From Terriglobales bacterium (GTDB lineage: Bacteria > Acidobacteriota > Terriglobia > Terriglobales > Acidobacteriaceae), in assembly GCA_035604895.1 (NCBI GenBank), contig DATNHO010000037.1, forward strand, positions 1 through 24,000: 24,000 nucleotides of DNA. The letters are read 5' to 3'. Each line of letters opens with the position of its first letter. The first letter of the stretch is position 1. Shown piece after piece: positions 6,871 through 15,009 of the stretch. The notes under the pieces were generated by a model that was given only the letters and a program-made list of their open reading frames with translations, did no database searches and was not told the origin of the DNA. Made by a program: the position numbers and the translations under genes.

Positions 6871-7521
6871 ATGAAATGGAAGCTGGACCGCATTATCAGC
6901 GTGGCTACTCTGGCTGCGTCCTTGATCGCCATATTTCTTGTATTGAAGAAGCCAGCGCCCGTAGCGCCGGCGCAGTCGCCCGCAGCGGCGGCCGCCAATG
7001 CCGAGTCTGTTGAGAAGAAGCTGGAGCAATTGGAACAGCCCAAGGACCCCGGCCAACCACCCGCGCAGGTTCGCTTCAACTCCGATGAGATCACCGCTGC
7101 GCTGGCACAGGCAGCGGCGTTGGTTCCGGCGAACATCTCCGCGTCTTCAGCGGCTCCGCAAACCAGCCCAGGCTTGCCGACTTCGGTTCCCTCTTCGCCC
7201 GACGCGCCCATCGGAGAGGGTGAGCCTGAGGTGAAGGACTACAAAGTAAATTTCGACGGCGACGTGGCCCGCGGCCAGTTTGTCACCCAGATCGGCGGCA
7301 AGGATGTTTACGTTACGCTCGCGGGACATCTAGGCTCAAAGGATGGCTACGCGACCTTCGATCCCACCGAATTTAAGATCGGCGATCTGAACGTTCCGCT
7401 GTCGCTAGTCAGCGGCGCCCTGCAAAAGAAGCTTACCGAACAGCGCGACCGTCTGAAGCTTCCAGATGACGTCGGCAACATCAAGGTCGAGAACGGTCAA
7501 CTGGTCGCAACGCAAAAATAA
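6871..7521 (+). CDS. Hypothetical membrane-anchored protein
   Basis: I place the start at ATG 6871 (GGGAGA upstream) rather than TTG 6853. It has an N-terminal anchor (IISVATLAASLIAIFLVL), then a P/A-rich linker, then a C-terminal globular region of about 100 aa. No family recognised. Confidence 0.6.
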   Translation: MKWKLDRIISVATLAASLIAIFLVLKKPAPVAPAQSPAAAAANAESVEKKLEQLEQPKDPGQPPAQVRFNSDEITAALAQAAALVPANISASSAAPQTSPGLPTSVPSSPDAPIGEGEPEVKDYKVNFDGDVARGQFVTQIGGKDVYVTLAGHLGSKDGYATFDPTEFKIGDLNVPLSLVSGALQKKLTEQRDRLKLPDDVGNIKVENGQLVATQK

Positions 7522-7758
7522 TTGGATGGTGTGTTGACAAATGCCGGAAGGCGCCTTGGCCGAGCGCGAAATGTTACCTGTGCCCTCTGGAAGAAGATTT
7601 GTTGAACTCGTTCACCTGCCTGGAACTCCTACCCGATTTTGACATTTTGATTACATTTCCATGACATCCCCAGACCGGGTAGGACTACGATGCGGCGGTT
7701 GAGGTTTCTCAACCTACACGTGCAGGTTTCCTCAAACACTAGGCCGGAGGGGTCAGTC

Positions 7759-9099
7759 ATGCATCGAAAACAAGTTTCCACAAACATTCGCAAAACGCGC
7801 GATATCGTTCTGCTCACACTTCTTTTCGTAGCCGCAATTGCCGCCGGCGCGGCGCGGGCACAGACCTATACCAATCTGCATTCCTTCGCCGCTGGGACGG
7901 ATGGCGCAGATCCTACCCCCATCATCCGCGACGAGGAAGGCAACATCTACGGCGCGACAAGGTTTGGTGGCATCCCCTCGTGCAACTTAGACACTTGCGG
8001 AACGGTTTTCAAGATCGACAGCGCCGGCAAGGAGACCGTGCTCTACCGCTTCGAGGGCGGGAACAATGGATCAAATCCGCTTGCAGGCTTGGTCCGGGAC
8101 GCGAAGGGTAACCTCTATGGCACGACCCAAGGGAACGGCTATGTCGGCGGCGCATCCGTAGTGTTCAAAGTCAACCCGCAGGGCCACCAGACCGTCTTGT
8201 TTGTTGCCGGAGAAACAGCGCAGGGCTGCTGCCTCGATTCTCCGGTTGCCGTGGACGCGCACGGGAACGTCTATGGCATGTCGCCATACGGCGGCAAGCC
8301 CAATTGCGGTGTGGCCCAGAATGGCTTGGGCTGCGGAACATTGTTCAAGATTGCCCCTGACGGCAAATTTACTGTGATTCATGTTTTTAAAGGGAAGGAC
8401 GGAATACAGCCAGAGGGAGGGGTGGTCCTTGACGCCAAGGGCAACATCTACGGCACCGCTGTCTGGGGCGGCAATCTCAAGTGCAATTATCCCGGCTGGG
8501 GGGCAGGCGGTGGACCAGGATGCGGAACCATCTACAAGCTGGAGCCGAGCGGCAAGTTCACCGTCCTCCACACCTTCACCGGCCCGAATGATGGATCGTA
8601 CCCTCTGGGCCTGATCATTGACGACGCTGGCAACCTCTACGGCATCGCGGACAGCGGCGGCGACGTCATCAAGCATACAAATTGGGAGTACGGCCTGGGA
8701 ACTATTTTCAAAGTGGATACCAGCGGCAAGTACAGCGTGCTCTTCGCCTTCAAGCCATGCACCGAGCCCCCGTGCACTAACGGCCAGGTGTTGAACCATC
8801 TCTACGCCAGCCATCTGGCGAGAGACTCGAAAGGCAACCTGTACGGCATCGAAGAGTCCAACGACTGCGCCTTCGGTGGGGGATGCATTTTCAGAATAGA
8901 CGCGAAAGGGAACATAACGGACCTCTACGACTTCACACAAGACCAAAGCGGAGCCCCAGAGTTCTACGACGCGATGGGCTTGGTCCTAGGTTCGGATGGC
9001 GATTTCTATGGCAGCACACCCTTCGGGGGATCCGAGGAACCCGAATGTGACGACAATATTGGCGTGGCCTGCGGGTCGGTGTTTCACATTACGTTTTAG
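7759..9099 (+). CDS. Secreted tandem-repeat beta-propeller-like protein, GloVer (Gloeo_Verruco, choice-of-anchor) repeat type
   Basis: ATG 7759 has GGAGG 8 nt upstream and a signal peptide ending AAGAARA-Q. Seven repeats follow the pattern G-N-[LIV]-Y-G-x3-6-GG ... G-[TS]-[VIL]-[FY]-K-[ILV] ... G-K-x-[TS]-V-L-x-x-F, which matches my memory of the TIGR03803-type repeat. Confidence 0.8.
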   Translation: MHRKQVSTNIRKTRDIVLLTLLFVAAIAAGAARAQTYTNLHSFAAGTDGADPTPIIRDEEGNIYGATRFGGIPSCNLDTCGTVFKIDSAGKETVLYRFEGGNNGSNPLAGLVRDAKGNLYGTTQGNGYVGGASVVFKVNPQGHQTVLFVAGETAQGCCLDSPVAVDAHGNVYGMSPYGGKPNCGVAQNGLGCGTLFKIAPDGKFTVIHVFKGKDGIQPEGGVVLDAKGNIYGTAVWGGNLKCNYPGWGAGGGPGCGTIYKLEPSGKFTVLHTFTGPNDGSYPLGLIIDDAGNLYGIADSGGDVIKHTNWEYGLGTIFKVDTSGKYSVLFAFKPCTEPPCTNGQVLNHLYASHLARDSKGNLYGIEESNDCAFGGGCIFRIDAKGNITDLYDFTQDQSGAPEFYDAMGLVLGSDGDFYGSTPFGGSEEPECDDNIGVACGSVFHITF

Positions 9100-9188
9100 C
9101 CGAGCCGACGGTTGAGATCGACACTCCGTGATATGAGCGTCGAGCACAAGTAGTGTTAGCCAATGGAATTTCGACTGGAGCATTTACT

Positions 9189-10613
9189 CTAGAGCGTGCC
9201 TTGAAACAGCGGGTACAGACGGTCTCCGATTACGCGATAGATCACGAAGGCGCTGCCGGTGTCGGAGACCTCACGGAACAAAAGCTCGGCCCGGCCGTCG
9301 CCATCCACATCGACGGCGTCGATCAGGTCGAGGCGCGGGATCACGTCCATGTGCTGGGCGTCGGTTACATTCGCCAACGCCTTGTGCAAGACGCCGTTCA
9401 CATCTTCGCGAACCACTAACGTGATCAGGTATTGCGGGTTTGGAGTTGCGCTGGCTTTTTCGCGCGAGGACTGCGGCATGCGCGCTTTTGCCGTCAGGAT
9501 CAGCTCCGGCTCGTTGATATCCGCCAGATCAAAAACCTGAAGCTGCACATCTTCAAAAACGGGCTGCACCGGCTTTGCGGTCGCTTTGCTCCGTGGCGAA
9601 GGAGCATGAACAGGTTGCTCAGCCGCCGCGCCCGCCGATGCTTGTTGGCTGGCACGTGTTCGGATTTCGTCGGCCGCCATGGCTAACATCTTTTTGCGGA
9701 ACTGTTGTTCTTCCTCCGGCTTCAGGTTGTAGGTATAGGGAAGCGGATCGGGGCCGTTCGAGTCCGAGATGGCGGGGATGAGTTGGACCTGATTTGCCGC
9801 TGAGGTTCCCGATTGGGTTCCAGGCGTCATTGCTCCGCTTGCCGGGATCGCCGTATGCGCAGATGCCTTCGCCGAAGCCGCAGCCTTCTTCTGAGCTTCT
9901 TCTGCCGACTCCGCGCCCGCTTTGCCTCGTTTCAGCGCCGGACGGTCCTTATCCTCCGGAGGCTGGTCCTGCGCCTGCTCTTGCGGGGATGGATTTGCCG
10001 ACGCAGTTGCAGCGGCGGAAGCTGGCACCGCTGCTGAAGTTGCTGCTGGTGATGGGCTCGGTGAAGCGGTCGGTGCGGGTTGTGCCTGCGGAGGTGTCGC
10101 GGGCGCAGGGGGCGGTTCTGGCGGCTTGGGCTTTTCGCTGCCAGCACGCCGCAGAACCGGAGGACCTTCGTCTTCGTTCATTCCGCGAGGCACCGACGTT
10201 ACCGTCGGCTTCTTCTTCGCTGCTTTGGCCTTAATGGAATCCGCCGTCTGCCATGTGCCTTCGGCCACCCATCCGATCGGACCGTTTTCATCTTTCCTTT
10301 GCAGCGCACCCGTGACCGTAAACAGTCCCAGGGAAACCCCGGTGTGGACGGCTTCATAAACGGTTGTGCTCCACAGCGCCATAGGTACGGGATCGGCCTT
10401 GTAGGCGCTGGCATCGTAGTATTTGCCGTCAATCAGAATGGTGATTGGAATCAAGCGCGCTTTGCCATTGGGCGCAAGTTCCAGCAGGCCCAGGGCACGC
10501 GGCGCTTTGTTCTTCTTCGCAGAGCCTCCGACTTGGCCGAAGGTTGGCAGAAGCGCGATCTGCAATAAGAACCCCAGCGCCAAAACGCTGAAGATGACGC
10601 GGCCCCGCGTCAT
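9189..10613 (-). CDS. Hypothetical secreted or anchored protein with a long P/A/S-rich low-complexity centre
   Basis: I place the start at ATG 10613 (MTRGRVIFSVLALGFLLQIALLPTFGQ signal/anchor) rather than GTG 10697, which would overlap bcp. It has an N-terminal domain of about 120 aa, then about 200 aa of P/A/S/Q-rich sequence, then a C-terminal domain ending in a DVDGDGRAELLF FG-GAP/VCBS-like motif. Confidence 0.7.
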   Translation of the reverse strand: MTRGRVIFSVLALGFLLQIALLPTFGQVGGSAKKNKAPRALGLLELAPNGKARLIPITILIDGKYYDASAYKADPVPMALWSTTVYEAVHTGVSLGLFTVTGALQRKDENGPIGWVAEGTWQTADSIKAKAAKKKPTVTSVPRGMNEDEGPPVLRRAGSEKPKPPEPPPAPATPPQAQPAPTASPSPSPAATSAAVPASAAATASANPSPQEQAQDQPPEDKDRPALKRGKAGAESAEEAQKKAAASAKASAHTAIPASGAMTPGTQSGTSAANQVQLIPAISDSNGPDPLPYTYNLKPEEEQQFRKKMLAMAADEIRTRASQQASAGAAAEQPVHAPSPRSKATAKPVQPVFEDVQLQVFDLADINEPELILTAKARMPQSSREKASATPNPQYLITLVVREDVNGVLHKALANVTDAQHMDVIPRLDLIDAVDVDGDGRAELLFREVSDTGSAFVIYRVIGDRLYPLFQGTL

Positions 10614-10659
10614 GCGGTATAACGTTGATCGAGCAGTCGATCGAGAAGGAGAGACAGTC

Positions 10660-11139
10660 ATGGATATCAGTATCAATAATAAGGCCCCGGAGTTCACTTT
10701 GCCTGACCAGAATGGCGATGAGGTCTCGTTGAAGGATTTTCACGGCAAATACGTGGTGCTCTATTTCTATCCCCGGGCGGATACTCCGGGATGCACCATC
10801 GAGGCCTGCGAGTTCCGCGATTCCTTCAAAAAGACAGAAAAGATTGGAGCTGTGGTTCTTGGCGTCTCGCCCGATGAACCGAAAGCGCTAAAGAAGTTTG
10901 AAGACAAGTTCGGGCTGCCATTCACCCTTCTAGGCGACGCCGACAAGAAAGTTGGCAATGCCTATGGCGTGATTCAGGAAAAGAATATGTACGGCAAGAA
11001 AGTCATGGGCGTGGTCCGGACTACGTTCATCATTGGTCCGGACGGGAAGATCAAACACATTTTTAACAAAGTGAAGCCAGAAGGCCACGCCACCGAAGTG
11101 TTGGCGTATTTGAAGAGCGCCATGCAGGGCGCGGCTTAG
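10660..11139 (+). CDS. bcp: Thioredoxin-dependent peroxiredoxin, Bcp type
   Basis: ATG 10660 follows GAAGGAGAG. KAPEFTLPDQNGDEVSLKDFHGKYVVLYFYPRADTPGCTIEACEFRD contains the Bcp/PrxQ PxxxTxxC active site with a second Cys five residues later. Confidence 0.9.
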   Translation: MDISINNKAPEFTLPDQNGDEVSLKDFHGKYVVLYFYPRADTPGCTIEACEFRDSFKKTEKIGAVVLGVSPDEPKALKKFEDKFGLPFTLLGDADKKVGNAYGVIQEKNMYGKKVMGVVRTTFIIGPDGKIKHIFNKVKPEGHATEVLAYLKSAMQGAA

Positions 11140-11176
11140 AGGTGGTCCGGCGGGCGATGGAAAGGACGGTGGGATT

Positions 11177-11833
11177 TTGACCATCCCCATCACCCAGGTT
11201 CGCACTCTGTTACCGCGCGCGTTCTACGATCGCGATCCGCGCCGGGTAAGTCGTGCACTGCTCGGCAAAGTGCTGGTGCGGAAAGAAGGACGCAAACTTC
11301 TGGCGGGCCGCATTGTGGAAGTCGAAGCTTACCTGGGGGAAAAAGATCCGGCCGCGCACTCGTTTGCCGGCCGCACCCTGCGCAACGCTGTGCTGTTCGG
11401 GCCTCCGGGCTACGCTTACGTTTATTTCATTTACGGTAACCACTATTGCTTGAATGTATCGTGCTTGCCCGATGGAGTGGCCGGAGGGATTCTGTTTCGC
11501 GCGGTCGAACCTTTGGATGGAATTGAGGAAATGGCGCGATCCCGGGGCATATCTTTCAATTCGACTCGGAATTCAGTTCGCGATTTACGGAAATTGACCA
11601 GCGGGCCGGGGCGACTCGCCGAGGCGTTTGGCATCACGCGCGACCGGGACAACGGGAAAGACCTGACCAGTGCGTCCTCGGACCTATTCATTGCGGATGA
11701 CGACTACCGGGTCCGTCGCATCCTGACAACGCCGCGAATCGGGATCACCAAAGCGGCCGAGCGCCCGCTGCGATACGTGATCGCAGGGAACGACTTTGTT
11801 TCAGGACCGAAAAGTCTGCTCGAAACGGCTTAG
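11177..11833 (+). CDS. DNA-3-methyladenine glycosylase, Mpg/AAG family
   Basis: FYDRDPRRVSRALLGKVLVR..GRIVEVEAYLGEKDPAAHSFAGRTLRNAVLFGPPGYAYVYFIYGNHYCLNV...FRAVEP...GPGRLAEAFGI is the characteristic AAG/Mpg (PF02245-type) pattern. The TTG start at 11177 is uncertain. Confidence 0.85.
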   Translation: MTIPITQVRTLLPRAFYDRDPRRVSRALLGKVLVRKEGRKLLAGRIVEVEAYLGEKDPAAHSFAGRTLRNAVLFGPPGYAYVYFIYGNHYCLNVSCLPDGVAGGILFRAVEPLDGIEEMARSRGISFNSTRNSVRDLRKLTSGPGRLAEAFGITRDRDNGKDLTSASSDLFIADDDYRVRRILTTPRIGITKAAERPLRYVIAGNDFVSGPKSLLETA

Positions 11834-11847
11834 CGTTACTGCGGGGT

Positions 11848-12690
11848 TCAAGATAGCAGGATGTTGTCAATCAGGCGCGTGTTACCCACGAAGGCAGCCA
11901 CTGCAACGAGCGAAGTGCTGGTGAGTTCTTGCACAAGATCGAGCGTAGCGGGATCCACAATCTCGAAGTAGTCCAGACGCACGGCGGGTTCCTGGGCCAA
12001 CACCTGTTTTCCGGCTTCTATCAGTGTGGGTGCGTTCCGCTCCCCTTTATCGTATCGATTCTTCACTGCGGTCAGTGAGCGGTTCAGAACCAGCGCGGAT
12101 TTGCGTTGCTGCGGGCTTAGGTAAGCATTGCGCGAACTCATCGCCAGGCCATCCGGCTCGCGTACGATGGGGCCGACGATGATCTCGACCGGCAGATTCA
12201 AGTCTCGGACCATGCGGCGGATGATCGTGGCTTGGGCCGCATCTTTCTGGCCAAAGAAGGCCAAGTCCGGTTCCACGATGTGGAAGAGCTTGGCGACGAC
12301 CGTGGTTACGCCGCGAAAATGTCCCGGACGCGACTTGCCACACAGCTTCTCGCTCAGGCCTTCGACCGTGACATAAGTGACGGCTCCCGCGGGATACATT
12401 TCTTCTGGTGTCGGTGCAAAGAGGACATCCACGGCCTCTTTTTCCAGCAGGTCGCGGTCGCGTTCAAATGTCCGCGGATATTTCGCCAGATCTTCGTCGG
12501 GCCCGAATTGCAGTGGATTTAGGAAGATGGAGACTGCGACCACATCGCACTTCGCCTTAGCGGCCCGCACCAGTGAGACATGGCCTTCGTGCAACGCTCC
12601 CATGGTGGGGACGAAGCCCAAACGCTTGCCGTCGAGGCGAGCTACGCGAGAGGCGGCGCGCATGTCGCTGATCGTGTTGCAGATTTTCAT
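11848..12690 (-). CDS. panC: Pantoate--beta-alanine ligase
   Basis: GFVPTMGALHEGHVSLVRAAK (HIGH-like motif), SIFLNPLQFGPDEDLAKYPRT and GHFRGVTTVVAKLF are classic PanC motifs. Confidence 0.95.
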   Translation of the reverse strand: MKICNTISDMRAASRVARLDGKRLGFVPTMGALHEGHVSLVRAAKAKCDVVAVSIFLNPLQFGPDEDLAKYPRTFERDRDLLEKEAVDVLFAPTPEEMYPAGAVTYVTVEGLSEKLCGKSRPGHFRGVTTVVAKLFHIVEPDLAFFGQKDAAQATIIRRMVRDLNLPVEIIVGPIVREPDGLAMSSRNAYLSPQQRKSALVLNRSLTAVKNRYDKGERNAPTLIEAGKQVLAQEPAVRLDYFEIVDPATLDLVQELTSTSLVAVAAFVGNTRLIDNILLS

Positions 12691-12706
12691 CGCGCGGTGT
12701 GCGCTT

Positions 12707-13150
12707 TCAGTGGGATGGAACCCAGTTTATGACTACCTGCATGCTCTCCAGTGCGCCAGCAACCAACGCCCGGTTCTTTCGAAGTTTGGCTTTGTCTTCA
12801 TCGGAGCCGGCAACGCTGATCTCTTGAATCGCAACCACACGACCGTATGGCCACGCCGATCCCGGCAGTTTAGCCAGTGCCTCGGATAATTTGTCCGGGT
12901 CCACCATCTGCTGTTCGTTGTTGCTGACGTCCAGCAATCCCACGCCGTCCACTCTGACGATGAGGTATGGATTTCGCCAGGCTTTCATATCCCGCTGACC
13001 CGCATATTTCTGCGGATCGGCGGACGGGATCTTTTGGATTCGAGCCTCGGGACTGGTTGCCGTTGCCGCGTCCGGTGTTCGGGGCGGCTTGGCGCACGAA
13101 GCGAGCAGGGAAAGGCACACTGCCAGAACACTCAGACGCACGAATCTCAT
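12707..13150 (-). CDS. Hypothetical lipoprotein embedded between panB and panC
   Basis: MRFVRLSVLAVCLSLLASC is a signal peptide with a lipobox. Gaps to panB (upstream) and panC (downstream) are 14 and 16 nt, implying one operon. No family recognised. Confidence 0.7.
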   Translation of the reverse strand: MRFVRLSVLAVCLSLLASCAKPPRTPDAATATSPEARIQKIPSADPQKYAGQRDMKAWRNPYLIVRVDGVGLLDVSNNEQQMVDPDKLSEALAKLPGSAWPYGRVVAIQEISVAGSDEDKAKLRKNRALVAGALESMQVVINWVPSH

Positions 13151-13164
13151 ATTCCGTCGGGCCT

Positions 13165-14103
13165 CTATCGACGCATCCCCCGCTTGCGCTCCAGCACGGT
13201 CTCGAGCGCTTGCCGCGTCTCCTTGGACAAGTGGTAGGACTCACTATCCAAGGGATAGCGATGCGAAATCACGTCGTCGCGGAAGGCGCGTGCGGCGTCC
13301 GTGATAAGCGCGGCCGCGTCGCCGTAGCGGCGAACAAACTTCGCTGGCGGAGCAAAGGTCAGATTCAGAATATCGTGGAAGACCAGCACCTGGCCATCGC
13401 AGTCGGGCCCCGCGCCAATGCCGACGGTCGGAGTCGCGACCTCCGACGTAATCATGCTGGCTACTTCTCGCGGGATGCCTTCCAGAACCAGGAAGGCTAC
13501 GCCTGCCCGGTCGAGGGCCACGGCATCGCGCATTAGCTGTTCGATATCCGCCAGCGACTTGCCTTGAACCTTGTATCCGCCCATAACGTTCACGGACTGC
13601 GGAGTCAGCCCGATATGGCCAGCCACTGGAATCTCGGCGTCGATCACGCGGCGAATCAGATCGGCGCGTTTCTCGCCACCTTCAATCTTCACTGCTTCGG
13701 CGCCGGCCTCTTTCATAAAGCGGGCTGCGTTTCGCACCGCGTCATCGGCGCCGACGTGATAGGACCCGTAAGGCATATCAGCCACGAGCAACGCGCGCTT
13801 TACACCGCGCCGCACGGCTTTGGTGTGATGAAGCATTTCGTCTACCGTGACCGAGAGCGTGTCCGGGTAGCCGAGCATGGTCATGGCCAGCGAATCGCCG
13901 ACCAGAACAATGTCGATGTCAGCCTCGTCCACCAGCCGCGCGCTGGCGTAGTCGTAGGCGGTCAGGCAGGTGATAGGTTGATGTTGGAGTTTCTTTTCTC
14001 GAAGGGAAGCGCCCGTAATCTTCTGGCGAGGTTCACCAATTGGTGCAATGCTCACGATGTCCTCCAGTGCCCCTCCGCCTTGGCGGATAGAGCCCGTACT
14101 CAT
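13165..14103 (-). CDS. panB: 3-methyl-2-oxobutanoate hydroxymethyltransferase
   Basis: LTAYDYASARLVDEADIDIVLVGDSLAMTMLGY, LLVADMPYGSY, VKIEGG and PTVGIGAGPDCDGQVLVFHD are PanB motifs. An alternative and possibly better start is GTG at 14055, preceded by GGAGGA with 4-nt spacing. Confidence 0.93.
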   Translation of the reverse strand: MSTGSIRQGGGALEDIVSIAPIGEPRQKITGASLREKKLQHQPITCLTAYDYASARLVDEADIDIVLVGDSLAMTMLGYPDTLSVTVDEMLHHTKAVRRGVKRALLVADMPYGSYHVGADDAVRNAARFMKEAGAEAVKIEGGEKRADLIRRVIDAEIPVAGHIGLTPQSVNVMGGYKVQGKSLADIEQLMRDAVALDRAGVAFLVLEGIPREVASMITSEVATPTVGIGAGPDCDGQVLVFHDILNLTFAPPAKFVRRYGDAAALITDAARAFRDDVISHRYPLDSESYHLSKETRQALETVLERKRGMRR

Positions 14104-14202
14104 CTTGGATGCTGCTGGGGCTATTGTAGACCCAGAGGCTGGGGTTCGTCGATGGCAGCTAGGGATGTCGAAAGAACCGTGGAATTGATCCTGGATCGCA
14201 AA

Positions 14203-14249
14203 GTAAGACTTTGCAGGTGTGTCTTACTCTATGGTAAGATGATTTTACC
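14203..14249 (+). promoter_or_regulatory. Putative vapB promoter and operator region
   Basis: There are two inverted repeats: GTAAGAC-N11-GTCTTAC (14203-14227) and GGTAA-N7-TTACC (14233-14249). TTGCAG (14211-14216), an 18-nt spacer and the extended -10 TGgTAAGAT (14232-14240) end 9 nt before ATG 14250. No SD is present. Confidence 0.45.
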
Positions 14250-14504
14250 ATGAGAGCTTACCGGACAGTCATCAGTTCTAAAGGGCAAGTGGTAATTCCA
14301 GCCGAGTTGCGCGAGCAGTTCGGGCTGGAGAAAGGCACTCCTGCCACCTGGAGCGAAGAGCAGGGGCGGTTAGTGCTGACGCCGATTACCGAACGGCGAC
14401 TGCGCGAGATCAGGGGATTCTTGAAGCCTGCTCCCGGCGCACCGTCTATGTTTGAAGAATTGTTCGCTGAGCGCGAACGAGAACGCAAACGAGAGAAACA
14501 ATGA
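14250..14504 (+). CDS. vapB: AbrB/SpoVT-domain antitoxin (VapB-like)
   Basis: The N-terminus RTVISSKGQVVIPAELREQFGLEKGTPATW..GRLVLTP is a SpoVT/AbrB swapped-hairpin motif. Its stop overlaps the downstream PIN gene start as ATGA. Confidence 0.8.
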   Translation: MRAYRTVISSKGQVVIPAELREQFGLEKGTPATWSEEQGRLVLTPITERRLREIRGFLKPAPGAPSMFEELFAERERERKREKQ

Positions 14505-14944
14505 CTCCCGCATTTTCTCGTGGAAGCGTGCGCCGATATGTGCTTGACGCCAACGCGCTGGTCGGCTTATTCGAGGACCGGGAGGGTACTGCAGGAAAGG
14601 TTGAACACCTTCTGCAGCTAGCCTTGCGGCAGGATTTACCACTCTTGATGTCGGCCGTGAATTGGGGCGAGGTTTTCTACATTGCATGGAGGCGGCACGG
14701 CGAAGCAAAGGCACGGGAAGCAGAAGCCAGGTTGCAGGAGTTGCCGGTGGCGGTCATCAGTGTGGATCGGGAACGAGCCTCGCGGGCGGGCGCGTTAAAG
14801 CAAAAACACAGCCTGGGTTATGCCGACGCCTTCGCCGCCGAATTGGCTATCGAACGTGGCGCCTGGCTGGTCACGACTGATCCCGAATTCTCGAAAGTTG
14901 GCAAGGCGCTGGCCATCTACTCGCTGCCCAGATACGAAAAATAA
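14501..14944 (+). CDS. vapC: PIN-domain ribonuclease toxin (VapC)
   Basis: It has YVLDANALV (first acidic residue), ...MSAVNWGEV..., ...LGYADAFAAELAIERGAWLVTTDPEF (the conserved D and TxD of PIN domains). It overlaps vapB by 4 nt. Confidence 0.85.
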   Translation: MTPAFSRGSVRRYVLDANALVGLFEDREGTAGKVEHLLQLALRQDLPLLMSAVNWGEVFYIAWRRHGEAKAREAEARLQELPVAVISVDRERASRAGALKQKHSLGYADAFAAELAIERGAWLVTTDPEFSKVGKALAIYSLPRYEK

Positions 14945-14971
14945 GACGAGAGCCAGGTTGTGTTCATCCCA

Positions 14972-15009
14972 TTGACTAAGGTGCCAATTGTCGCTATAAT
15001 TGACGACAA
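14972..15009 (+). promoter_or_regulatory. Near-consensus sigma70-type promoter with embedded operator-like inverted repeat for the Xre/RES operon
   Basis: The promoter is TTGACT (14972-14977), a 17-nt spacer and TATAAT (14995-15000). The -10 is bracketed by the inverted repeat TTGTCG (14988-14993) and CGACAA (15004-15009). ATG 15010 lies 9 nt after the -10 with no SD, so the mRNA is probably leaderless. Confidence 0.6.

Noticed and set aside
7546-7557. Palindrome AAGGCGCCTT near the end of the 6871-7521 gene
   Set aside because: It is a 10-bp no-loop palindrome that cannot form a stable hairpin, and its flanks do not extend the pairing.
8071-8946. 291-aa minus-strand ORF inside the GloVer gene
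   Set aside because: The plus-strand frame shows a clear seven-fold protein repeat and a signal peptide. The antisense product has no features.
9794-10568. Several plus-strand ORFs (145-162 aa) opposite the P/A-rich hypothetical gene
   Set aside because: They are generated by the GC-rich Pro/Ala-coding repeats on the other strand. Their products are R/G/C-rich nonsense, and they overlap one another in different frames.
13564-14253. 229-aa plus-strand ORF opposite panB
   Set aside because: It is antisense to an unmistakable PanB frame.
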